Positions 37,992 to 47,049 of a stretch of 64,000 bases of DNA are shown one piece after another; position 1 is the first letter of the stretch, and each line of letters begins with the position of its first letter. The position numbers and the translations under genes are program-made. The notes under the pieces were generated by a model. It was given only the letters and a program-made list of their open reading frames with translations, had not been told where the DNA came from and searched no databases. The DNA is taken from the IMG/VR virus record IMGVR_UViG_3300043446_004613, positions 147,114-211,113 of that record; one strand, 5' to 3'.

Positions 37992-38205
37992 GGTTTTGCT
38001 TTATTTTTGTGTAAACGCGGACGCACCAGTCGTAAAACTCGGCCAAGCTGTTATCGCTTTTAGCATAGTTGCATACTTTACAGCAGGGAACTGCGTTTTC
38101 AGGAACGTACGCCATATCATTATCTACACGATCAAGATCGCTATAGTTAAAGCCGCCGTTTATTCCGTAGCCGTGTATAAGAACAGAATCGGCGGCTTGC
38201 TGTTC
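37972..38205 (-). pseudogene. HNH endonuclease remnant (C-terminal half)
   Basis: Not in the track. Startless frame ...LDRVDNDMAYVPENAVPCCKVCNYAKSDNSLAEFYDWCVRVY..., matching the phage IDR.DN..GY...N.V.CC..CN..K family. Confidence 0.7.
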
Positions 38206-38213
38206 TTAACACC

Positions 38214-39350
38214 ATGAATCTGATCACATTCAATGACCCGATCACAATCGCCTTCAAGAAAAGCGCCGGTGGCGTCACTCAAACCTTTGAAGCCAACCGT
38301 CCATACCTGATCGCCAATGCGCAGATTGAGCGCATCATGCGCGATCAACAAGTCAGCGGACGCGCTTACAAAATCAGCCGCGCCGACACACGTATTCCGA
38401 ACGCGCATAAAGCCGCTTTCAACCGTAATGACAGCGTTCTGATCTACAACGGCAGCGGCGGCTACGGCGACCAGATTTTGACTTGGCCGGTGGCGCGTTA
38501 TCTTGCCAATCAGGGTTTGAAAGTCCACGTCTTAACTGACCCCGGCAACAACGTATGCTGGTGGGGATTTGACTTCGTCAAGACGGTGAACACGATTCCG
38601 TTGCTTTGGGAGACTGTTCAGCTATATGACCACTTCATCCACTGGGAGGCGGTGGTTAACATGGACGAGCATCAGGATCAGGAGCATCCGATTGACATGA
38701 TGTTCCGCAAGATAGGCTACGATCCGGCGGATATTTCGGCTGAGGACAAGTGCGTGCGCCCTGTGTTTACGCCAAGTGAACTAGGCACCTTGAACAAATA
38801 CGTGACTTCCGGCAAGCGCGTCGGTCTTTACCAGCTATCCAGTGCCAATCCAGTGCGCTGCCTGCCTGCGGCGGACAGCGTGTTCTTGATCATGAAGATT
38901 GCTGAAGCCTATCCTGACATTCACTGGCTCTGCCTGCATGACGAGTTTGTGCCCAAGGAGTACAAAGAGACACTGGCTGTTGAAATTACCAAGCGCGGTT
39001 TTACGAATGTGGAAGGTTTTACGGCTCCTAATCTGCGCGAACTGTGGGCGCTGACAGAGCACGTGAATGTGGTTATCAGCCCTGACAGCATGATGGCCCA
39101 CATCGCCGGAGCTTTCGGTACTCCCTGCGTAGGTCTTTGGGGGCCGATGTCACCGGAAAGTCGGATGAAATACTACAAGAACCACCACCCGATCTACCAT
39201 CGCGAGTTCTGCCCGCACAGCCCCTGCTTTGTATACAGTAACACATTCCCGAAATATTGTCCGCCTCGCGCAAATCGCAATGTCTGCGACGTTATGGCCG
39301 GTATTTCGCCTTCGGAAGTGATTAGCGCTATCGGTCACATCTGTAGATAG
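38214..39350 (+). CDS. GT9-like (heptosyltransferase-like) glycosyltransferase
   Basis: GGYGDQI, LRELWALTEHVNVVISPDS..AHIAGAFGTPCVGLWGP; C-terminal C..SPC...C...C cluster. Confidence 0.88.
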   Translation: MNLITFNDPITIAFKKSAGGVTQTFEANRPYLIANAQIERIMRDQQVSGRAYKISRADTRIPNAHKAAFNRNDSVLIYNGSGGYGDQILTWPVARYLANQGLKVHVLTDPGNNVCWWGFDFVKTVNTIPLLWETVQLYDHFIHWEAVVNMDEHQDQEHPIDMMFRKIGYDPADISAEDKCVRPVFTPSELGTLNKYVTSGKRVGLYQLSSANPVRCLPAADSVFLIMKIAEAYPDIHWLCLHDEFVPKEYKETLAVEITKRGFTNVEGFTAPNLRELWALTEHVNVVISPDSMMAHIAGAFGTPCVGLWGPMSPESRMKYYKNHHPIYHREFCPHSPCFVYSNTFPKYCPPRANRNVCDVMAGISPSEVISAIGHICR

Positions 39351-39484
39351 TTCATGAACGATGAACCGATAAATACTGAGTATATTGATCCCGAGGCTGA
39401 ACGCTATCGGTCACATCTGTAGATAGTTCATGAACGATGAACCGTTAAATCCTGAGCATCTTGATCCCGAAGCTGAACGCTATC
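39326..39484 (+). repeat. 76-bp tandem duplication of a gene junction
   Basis: CGCTATC at 39326, 39402 and 39478; first 43 nt identical, then 5 substitutions; first copy encodes MNDEPINTEYIDPEAERYRSHL*. Confidence 0.9.
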
Positions 39485-40158
39485 TCAGCCAGCTTCCGCC
39501 CGCGCCGCCAGACGATACGCTTCAAGGTGTCGTTTCCGCGCTGCAACCGTTGGGCATTACAGAGCTTAAGGTGCAATATTCCGGCTATGGTGACAGTGGA
39601 GACATCGACTACATCAGCATAGAGCCGTCTGACATCGTTTTGCCGGATAAGTTCGATGAAGTGGTTAAAGACGTTGCGTGGAAAACAGCCTACAATCTAC
39701 ACTCCGGATTTGAGAATAACGAAGGTGGTCAAGGTCATGTAACTTTTGATTTTAACGATAGAACGGTCACGGTATATCACACAGACAATGTTGAGTTCGA
39801 CGAGGAACTGAACATGCCGAATTTACCTTTGCCGGAAGAATTTCGGGAATACACTGGGGATGACGGATCGTGCTACATTAGCTTCTACATGGGCAGCGAT
39901 GGTGATGTCTACTTCAATGATAAAACTGAAGGCATCGATGAAGATGCAAACAATGTTGGGGCTATTTCAACGCTTGTTTTTGATAACGCAGACTTAGGGG
40001 AAAATGATTCCTACTCTGGAGCAGTGCGCTGGCAAAATGGCTCAGACACCTGCTCTATCAGAGGCACGAAATCATGGACAGCGACTGACGAGGATAATGC
40101 CTCTGTAAACACGTATACGTTCGATGAAATTTTAGCGAATGAGCAGCTAGGTACCTAA
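39430..40158 (+). CDS. DUF6878-like protein (possibly two domains)
   Basis: VQYSGYGDSGDI...GFENNEGGQGHVTFD; adjacent to a DUF6915-like gene. Confidence 0.6.
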   Translation: MNDEPLNPEHLDPEAERYLSQLPPAPPDDTLQGVVSALQPLGITELKVQYSGYGDSGDIDYISIEPSDIVLPDKFDEVVKDVAWKTAYNLHSGFENNEGGQGHVTFDFNDRTVTVYHTDNVEFDEELNMPNLPLPEEFREYTGDDGSCYISFYMGSDGDVYFNDKTEGIDEDANNVGAISTLVFDNADLGENDSYSGAVRWQNGSDTCSIRGTKSWTATDEDNASVNTYTFDEILANEQLGT

Positions 40159-40178
40159 CCGGAGGAGTTACCTTAAAC

Positions 40179-40568
40179 ATGGCCACATCTTACCACCACG
40201 CAGTGAGCAGCGCCCGTAAGTGGGGCGGTAAACCGGATGATTACATCAAGGTTCACACGTGGTTTGATGAATCGAAGATGTTCATGGCCGATTTCCGGCA
40301 CCGCGCATTGCGTCACCATGCTGAAGGTATCTTCATGGCTGAACGCTTGTTCGGTACAGTCATCATCAATTCCTTGGGTCGGGAGATACCTGTGCGTTGG
40401 ATCGGAGAGCAGCATGTGCTTGAAGACCTTGGGTTTATCCCTTCCATGCAAGATTGGTTTGAGCACATCACCCCGGTTCATTGGATGCGGAACACCAAAA
40501 AGCTTCCCGTTGAGATTGAAGCAGAGAAAGCGGCCAAAGCAGCTGCAAAAGCACGTAGTGCGAAGTAA
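40179..40568 (+). CDS. DUF6915-like protein
   Basis: HHAVSSARKWGG...HRALRHHAEGIF...IGEQHV.EDLG; has a real GGAGG SD. Confidence 0.7.
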   Translation: MATSYHHAVSSARKWGGKPDDYIKVHTWFDESKMFMADFRHRALRHHAEGIFMAERLFGTVIINSLGREIPVRWIGEQHVLEDLGFIPSMQDWFEHITPVHWMRNTKKLPVEIEAEKAAKAAAKARSAK

Positions 40569-40640
40569 TTGTTGATTATTGTTGACGGTTACTATACCGT
40601 CGAGGTGCGACGTTTTTCTGGTTCTTAACGTCGGCCCGCT

Positions 40641-42395
40641 ATGATCACACTTTACGAAAACGCTACGCATGTCACCGTCACCGGTAACGCGCAAGAGATT
40701 GACGAGCTTGTAACCACTTTCCGCTTCCGCCCGGATGGGTACTTCTTTGCTCTCAGCTACCAGCGTAATGTAAAAAGCCAAGGCGAAGAAGGCTGGGATG
40801 GCTACACCTACCCTTTACAGCGCACCGGCAGGACAGCGGCCCGCGCTCTGCGCGGACGTAAAGACGAAATCATCCGGGCAGCCAAGATGTTGGGATATAA
40901 AGTTGACTTGGGTCACCTGCTTCCTTATCCGTTCGCACACCTTTTACCGGACGACATCCAGCCCGACTGTGTCAAAGGCGAGCACCGGCTGGATGACGAT
41001 CAGCGGCGCTGCATCTGTGATTGGCTCAAGGCCGGTATCGGCTTCAACAAAGTCACTGTGGGTGGCGGCAAGACCATGACTTTTGCAGGAGCCGCGTATA
41101 CAATCAAGCAGAAGTATCCCGAAGCTCGCTTTTTGTTCATTACGCCATCCGAGCGCCTTGTGCGGCAGGTGACCAAAGAGATGAAGAAGTTCCTGCCCGA
41201 CTTTGACATCGGACAGTGCGGCGGTGGACGCAAGGAATTTGCTGCGAAAGACATGGTGGTCTGCACCGTGGCGATGCTCAACAAGAACTACATCAGTCTG
41301 CGTAACGAGCAGTGGTTTGATACCTTCATGGCCATCCTGTATGACGAAGTTCACCACGCAGGCAGCCCGTCATCGATGAAGATTCTCCTCTCGATCCCGG
41401 CTTATTTCCGGCTCGGCGCGAGCGATTCCGGCAAAGAAAACGATCTGGTGCGTTTCAACAATGTCCGGGGTCTTTTCGGCCCGATGCTTAACGAAGTCCA
41501 TTCTGCGCCTTTGATAGACAAAGGGCGCTTAGCCCGCCCAAACATCTACATTGTAGACATTCCTGACTGGAAGAGTCGCTTTTCTGACGTGCCTTATCGC
41601 CCGACCATCGGCAGTAAAGCGCACTTGCTACTGGATGGTGCGTGGATAACCGGTACGTATGCAGGCCCGGTCTACGAGATGGTTGAGACTAAGGATGGTC
41701 AACAAAAAATAAAAACCAAAGCCGTCAAAACCGCCGAACGTGATGCTAACGGTGAGTGGATCGTGGTACATGAGCCTGTAACCGTAACCGGCGTCCACAA
41801 GATAAACGTCGACGGAGAAGACTTTGAGATTGAATCGCGTTGGTGCCTGCTGGAGCGGATGTACGATCGCGCCATCATCCAGTTCAAGTCACGTAACCAG
41901 ATGATTGTAGACTGGGTTCGCTTCTTCAACAAAAAGGGCTGGCCGACGGTGGTTGTCGCTACACGCACGACACATGTCTGCATCTTGGAGGCACTTCTAA
42001 AAGGCGCTATCGGCGAAGAGTCTGTGCGCGTGCTTATCGGTGAAGCTTCGCCCGAAGAACGTGACGCTACTTTTGAATGGTTCAGAAATACACCGGGCAG
42101 TGTGCTTGTCACACCGCTCGTCAAAGAAGGGGTCAGCATCAACGAGATACGGGCTATGGTGGTCGCCGACTACGTCAGCGACTACGACGTAGCCCGTCAG
42201 ATTATCGGACGCGGCATGCGTCCAAAGAAGACCGACAACCAAGCACACATCGTGTGGTTTTGGGATCGGCAACACACGGTGCTCAACCGTGGATGTAATG
42301 AGATTTTCAACCAACTAGAACGCGTCGAAGGCTTCGAGTTTTACCATCCCTGTGCGGGGCCGGAGACAGTGTTTACAAAAGACAAGGAATTATGA
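40641..42395 (+). CDS. Superfamily 2 DNA helicase (UvsW-like)
   Basis: TVGGGKT, DEVHH, LGASDS, EGVSI, RQIIGRGMR; ~100-aa insert between the RecA domains. Confidence 0.92.
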   Translation: MITLYENATHVTVTGNAQEIDELVTTFRFRPDGYFFALSYQRNVKSQGEEGWDGYTYPLQRTGRTAARALRGRKDEIIRAAKMLGYKVDLGHLLPYPFAHLLPDDIQPDCVKGEHRLDDDQRRCICDWLKAGIGFNKVTVGGGKTMTFAGAAYTIKQKYPEARFLFITPSERLVRQVTKEMKKFLPDFDIGQCGGGRKEFAAKDMVVCTVAMLNKNYISLRNEQWFDTFMAILYDEVHHAGSPSSMKILLSIPAYFRLGASDSGKENDLVRFNNVRGLFGPMLNEVHSAPLIDKGRLARPNIYIVDIPDWKSRFSDVPYRPTIGSKAHLLLDGAWITGTYAGPVYEMVETKDGQQKIKTKAVKTAERDANGEWIVVHEPVTVTGVHKINVDGEDFEIESRWCLLERMYDRAIIQFKSRNQMIVDWVRFFNKKGWPTVVVATRTTHVCILEALLKGAIGEESVRVLIGEASPEERDATFEWFRNTPGSVLVTPLVKEGVSINEIRAMVVADYVSDYDVARQIIGRGMRPKKTDNQAHIVWFWDRQHTVLNRGCNEIFNQLERVEGFEFYHPCAGPETVFTKDKEL

Positions 42396-43702
42396 AAAAA
42401 CAAATAGTACACGAGTTCGACGCAGAAATCGCAACACACTACAGTATCAACGCAGCCATCGTGTTCGGCTACTTCAACTTTCGGCTGAACAACAGGTCTT
42501 ACCTTCAGCTTGAATTTGAAGACCGCTACTGCCCAATCAAGTTCGACAATCTTCAAGCCATGTACCCCTACATGGCACGAAAAACGATCCAGAACGCGCT
42601 GGAACTGCTGTGCAAAGGCACTGATAAGCATCCAGCCCTGTTGAAGCGCCGGAAAAAGGGCAACATACTGGAGATCGGCCTTACCGGCGCGTTCAAGCTG
42701 ATCCAATCACCGCATAAGTTTGACACACAGCTTGCAGCCAAGTTGGGTGTCATCGCGGCAGTCGCTTACTACAACATCTCCTACTTCATTGGTAAGAACT
42801 GGTCAAAGGCGATGACTGACTACGTCTTGCGCCTTGATCCCCTCAAGTTTACGGACAATCAGGAGCGCACCCACGCCGCTTATTTAGCAACCCTACGTGC
42901 CGCTGCCTACACCGGTTCCATCAGCAACTGGCTAAAGCACCGTCCGTACGTTTCACAGCGTACCTCTGAACGGGCTTTTGCTGCTTTGATTGATGAAGGC
43001 CTGCTGCATAAACAGCGCGGTGATCGTCATTCTTTCAAGTATTGCTGGAGCAAGAAGGAACTGGAAAAGTATCTCGCTACGTCTTTGAATTTGTGTGGGA
43101 TAAAAAATTATCTCCCCAAAGATATACAGTTGCCGTCAAATGTATATGATGGACGTCAAATGTATATCGAAGGCGTCAAAGATATATCAAAACTGGTGTT
43201 AACTGCAACAGCATCAGCCACTTGCAAGCCTGTTGTAGAAGATTTAGTTGTAGGAAGAAGCGCTGACGCTTTTGGAGAAGATATTGACGAAGACATTGAC
43301 GAGCCGCCTTCGCTTCGCTCGGCGACGTCGTCCGGTGAACGTGCTTCGCACGTGGAGGCGGAGGATTTACGCTCTCCGGTAGAAATCCGTAAGATGCAGG
43401 AGATCGAAGCGAACGGTGGAGAAGACCCTGACAAGACGTTAGCTCAGAAAATACCTCGCGGTGTCGTTTCTGAGCTACATGTGATCGAAGGAGAGGAAGA
43501 CCGTCTTTACCTCAGTGATAAGGGACTCAGTGCGCTTCAGCGTAAGCTCAACAGACCGTACTACCCGAAAGCTCCACGGAAGAAGAAGACAGGTACCCGG
43601 CCATATCATAAGAAGATCATCCCGGATCATCCTGATTTCGATGACTACGTGGACGGACTGACACCGGAACAACGGGCAGCGTACTTTGCCAGTCTTTCGT
43701 AG
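42392..43702 (+). CDS. Putative replication initiator with tandem winged-helix-like repeats
   Basis: FDAEIATHYSINAAIV..YPYMARKTI and FDTQLAAKLGVIAAV..PYVSQRT repeats. Confidence 0.5.
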   Translation: MKKQIVHEFDAEIATHYSINAAIVFGYFNFRLNNRSYLQLEFEDRYCPIKFDNLQAMYPYMARKTIQNALELLCKGTDKHPALLKRRKKGNILEIGLTGAFKLIQSPHKFDTQLAAKLGVIAAVAYYNISYFIGKNWSKAMTDYVLRLDPLKFTDNQERTHAAYLATLRAAAYTGSISNWLKHRPYVSQRTSERAFAALIDEGLLHKQRGDRHSFKYCWSKKELEKYLATSLNLCGIKNYLPKDIQLPSNVYDGRQMYIEGVKDISKLVLTATASATCKPVVEDLVVGRSADAFGEDIDEDIDEPPSLRSATSSGERASHVEAEDLRSPVEIRKMQEIEANGGEDPDKTLAQKIPRGVVSELHVIEGEEDRLYLSDKGLSALQRKLNRPYYPKAPRKKKTGTRPYHKKIIPDHPDFDDYVDGLTPEQRAAYFASLS

Positions 43703-43709
43703 TTAAGGC

Positions 43710-44090
43710 GTGAAGTTAACGCCTGAACAACAGCGCGACATTGCCCGTCGTGCTCAGTGGTACTTTGACTGCTACTTCGGCCCACCCGGTGAGAGTGTGG
43801 TGTTTACCGGAGACGGCGTTGAAGACCTTGATCAGTTGATCAGTCGGTTGCAGTTCAACGGCACGACGAATTTCTTTCGTAACCAGAAGTTTTTCTGTGA
43901 CGTGGGTACCCAGTATTCCGACTGGAAACCGTTTGACATCGACGATGTCGTGGCGATCAAAGCGTTTTACGAAGCGTACTACGGTGACGTCAATAAACCG
44001 AACGTATACGCTTCAGGATCAAACGTGGCAATGCCGGTGGCGATAGACACTGAATATGGCGGGAGCAGCCCGCAGATTTCGATTGAATGA
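43710..44090 (+). CDS. Hypothetical protein
   Basis: GTG 3 nt after GTAGTTAA. Confidence 0.6.
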   Translation: MKLTPEQQRDIARRAQWYFDCYFGPPGESVVFTGDGVEDLDQLISRLQFNGTTNFFRNQKFFCDVGTQYSDWKPFDIDDVVAIKAFYEAYYGDVNKPNVYASGSNVAMPVAIDTEYGGSSPQISIE

Positions 44091-47047
44091 ACGAAGCCTA
44101 CCATAGTCGTTATGACAGACCGGAGATGACTCCGCACACAGCCGGTGCGGATGATCCGAACTTGTCTCTGGACGCGGCGGCAGAGATGGTGGACGCGATC
44201 CTCAACATCGGTTACGTGCGCCATAAGCAGTTGGAAGACTATGCGGCGGCTAGTCAGTCGCTTGAAGTCTATCGCGACGGAACATTCCATATCAAGCACG
44301 CACACGTGGGCCAGTATGCAGACTTTGTAGACCGTTCAAACCACAGTTACTTGAAAGAAACGTATCCGTGGCTGACGGATGTCGGTGATGGGCTTGGTTT
44401 TGACGTAGACACGTGGCCCGAAGAATTCGACAGCTTTGAGGCGTACCTTGCGTCGATAACTGAAGATAGCTGGACAGCCTTCTTTGAGGAACTTGAAAAT
44501 TTGGAGAACTACCCTGTGTTGGATGAGCAGGGCATGTCTGACCTTGAGATGAAGGAGACTGATCGGTGGATCACCGAGGACGGTACCCCAGATATGATCA
44601 AGGAGTTGATGTCTTACATCGACGACGCTTACGAGGTATTTCTTGTCTCAAAGATCACGCCGGACTTGATGTACGAATGGTGCCGCGAAACGGGTCATTA
44701 CCCGGAAAGTCAGGGCGAGGGCGCGGTGTGGCTGGACGTCAAAAGCTACGCGCAGCAGGAAGAGACACAGAACTGGTTCGTTGAGCACATCGACGACGAT
44801 CACGCAGGCTGGGAGGCTGTGCGGACGACGTTCTTTGAGTCGCAAGGTAACAAGTTTGACGCGCTGCTTAAAAAGCTCGCCATTGAGGATGAGGTTATCG
44901 CGACTGTCTACAACAAGCTCGATGCCGACTCTTTCCGCCGTCTGTGGGACTTGGCACACCCTGACCACTGGGCTGGCGGCGATGAGCCTTACTGGTATTT
45001 CTGGAAGCCATACAACGCTACAGAGATCGTGTGGGCTTACGGCTGGGAGCCGGAAGGCTGGGGCAACAATGACTGGATTGGGCAGTATCAACTCGCGCTT
45101 GAAGAGATGTACGATTCGGATAAGTTCCGCAAGCTCGTGGCAACTTTCTTTGAACGTCCGCCCAAAGACCACCCGGAACTGAAATTTGAGTCGATCGACC
45201 CGGATGATCCAAGTATCTTCATGGACTACGGTGGTGGCCTGAACCAGACCACGCTCTATGCCGATGATCGTATTGTTCTCATTGAGCCTAAAGATACAGC
45301 GGCGATAAATCATTACCTTGAAACAGGCGGCTATCAGCCAATCAACGGTCAAGACTACGAACGTTATTTCCGTTGGCCGGACAAGATTGTCATCTTGGAT
45401 AAAGTCGGTGAATCCGACGAGCAAGGCAGCCAATCGGTAAAGCCGCTCGGTATCTTGCTGCTGGAAGATGGAAACATGCGCTCATGGCCGCCTCCGACTT
45501 ACGGTGGAAAAGGCATCGACGTGTTGTTGGAAAACGTGGCTGTGCGGAAAGCCCTGCTTCAGTACTTCCGGCGTCTGATTGAAGAGGACAGTGAATCGTA
45601 CGCGCTAGGCAACTACCTGCTCAAGCTTGGAGGCCCCGCAGAGCTTCGGCGACAGGATCGTAAAGGTAACTTGCGGCTTGATGACTACAGCCTGCCGCTC
45701 GCGCTATACTACGTTAATCGTAAACAGTACAAGAAGATTCCAGCGCTATACGGCAAGCCGGTAGAGGCAGCGGAGCCTCGCGGAATTTGGTTGAGCTACA
45801 CAGGCTTTGATGATCTCGCGCCGGTTTTTGAGAACGAGAAAGCGGCAGAGGAAGTTTTCAGCCAAGAAAATTACCACTGGTTCGATTACACCGACGAGCC
45901 GGAAGCAAAAGATGTAATCCCTTATCTCACAGGTAAAGCGATGAAAAGTATCCGGGAGGCGCTTTTGAATCGCCGCGTCTGGATGCCCGATGCCGGTGAA
46001 AATCAGCGTGGAGACTACGTCGTGCTGACCAAGGCTGTCCTTGATCAGTATGATGATCAGACACTAAAAGACTGGCTGAGTGATCCGAGCGACGAAGATA
46101 CCGAAGATGGTGTGTTCGACGATATAATCGACGCGATTAAATCCGATGGCCGTCGCGCTATCGAGTCGTTAAGTCAGGACAATGTTTACACTGCGTATAC
46201 AGATAAAGCCATCGAACAGATCGGCGGCATTGAGTACAAGTGGGGCACGTCCGGCGTAGACAAGTCTGGTAGACCGAAAGAAGCGCTGCTTGTGTTGGTT
46301 CGCTGGAATGACATCGCTGAAGCAGCTACTACGTATTACAGCAACGAAAACGAAAATTTTAGCGGCGCTTTGGAAGACCTGATGGTGCAAGCCAACAAAA
46401 AGTCAGCCTCAGTGGACGATTCGCAGTATCACGCCAGCACCTACGATTTTGCCAAGTGCCAGCATCTCGATGGCCTCTTTTACGAGATATACGAGCTTGA
46501 AGCGCCTAAGCCTTATGTAGACCCAAACCAAACACAGTTGGCGCTTGAATCGCAGGTTGACTTAGACAGTCCTGACGAAATGCCTGCCATGTGGAGCGGC
46601 ATACCAGTGACACTTGAGAAGCGGGTCAACGCCGCTATCAAAGACGCAGCCAATGCGGAAGGTGCAGTGCTGTCACCTGCACATTTTAAGCTTATACCGA
46701 TCGAGCAGTACTCCGAAGAAGAGCTTGATTCATCGGACGGTCGTTTGACGCAACCAGACGCTGGACGGAAATTGGCGCTTTGGTTTGAATATGACGAGAA
46801 CTTTAAGTGGCGATCGATGCAGAGGCTGTTTGACGCTGTCACGGACATCGTTGTAAACGAGTTCCCGGAATATACGTCCGTGCGCTATTCGGCGAGTATG
46901 CTGGATGCTGACGTGTTAGGCTTGGAAGACATCGAACATCCAGAAAGTACACTCGTGTTTCTGTATGCTCTCCACGACGCTGCTCGAAAGCAGTCGGATC
47001 AAGAAGTGCTTGATCAGCTGGGCGCTGGAGAGGAAATTCCATTTTGA
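44087..47047 (+). CDS. Large acidic multi-module protein (probable head-internal protein)
   Basis: 986 aa, very Asp/Glu-rich; modules separated by LKFESIDPDDP and LALESQVDLD linkers. Confidence 0.6.
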   Translation: MNEAYHSRYDRPEMTPHTAGADDPNLSLDAAAEMVDAILNIGYVRHKQLEDYAAASQSLEVYRDGTFHIKHAHVGQYADFVDRSNHSYLKETYPWLTDVGDGLGFDVDTWPEEFDSFEAYLASITEDSWTAFFEELENLENYPVLDEQGMSDLEMKETDRWITEDGTPDMIKELMSYIDDAYEVFLVSKITPDLMYEWCRETGHYPESQGEGAVWLDVKSYAQQEETQNWFVEHIDDDHAGWEAVRTTFFESQGNKFDALLKKLAIEDEVIATVYNKLDADSFRRLWDLAHPDHWAGGDEPYWYFWKPYNATEIVWAYGWEPEGWGNNDWIGQYQLALEEMYDSDKFRKLVATFFERPPKDHPELKFESIDPDDPSIFMDYGGGLNQTTLYADDRIVLIEPKDTAAINHYLETGGYQPINGQDYERYFRWPDKIVILDKVGESDEQGSQSVKPLGILLLEDGNMRSWPPPTYGGKGIDVLLENVAVRKALLQYFRRLIEEDSESYALGNYLLKLGGPAELRRQDRKGNLRLDDYSLPLALYYVNRKQYKKIPALYGKPVEAAEPRGIWLSYTGFDDLAPVFENEKAAEEVFSQENYHWFDYTDEPEAKDVIPYLTGKAMKSIREALLNRRVWMPDAGENQRGDYVVLTKAVLDQYDDQTLKDWLSDPSDEDTEDGVFDDIIDAIKSDGRRAIESLSQDNVYTAYTDKAIEQIGGIEYKWGTSGVDKSGRPKEALLVLVRWNDIAEAATTYYSNENENFSGALEDLMVQANKKSASVDDSQYHASTYDFAKCQHLDGLFYEIYELEAPKPYVDPNQTQLALESQVDLDSPDEMPAMWSGIPVTLEKRVNAAIKDAANAEGAVLSPAHFKLIPIEQYSEEELDSSDGRLTQPDAGRKLALWFEYDENFKWRSMQRLFDAVTDIVVNEFPEYTSVRYSASMLDADVLGLEDIEHPESTLVFLYALHDAARKQSDQEVLDQLGAGEEIPF

Positions 47048-47049
47048 TT

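Noticed and set aside
39326-39484. Diversity-generating retroelement TR/VR pair
   Set aside because: Only 3 of 5 differences are at adenines, the copies are adjacent at a gene start rather than a C-terminus, and no reverse transcriptase is visible in the window.
44648-45433. 261-aa antisense ORF
   Set aside because: Shadow of the 986-aa protein gene.
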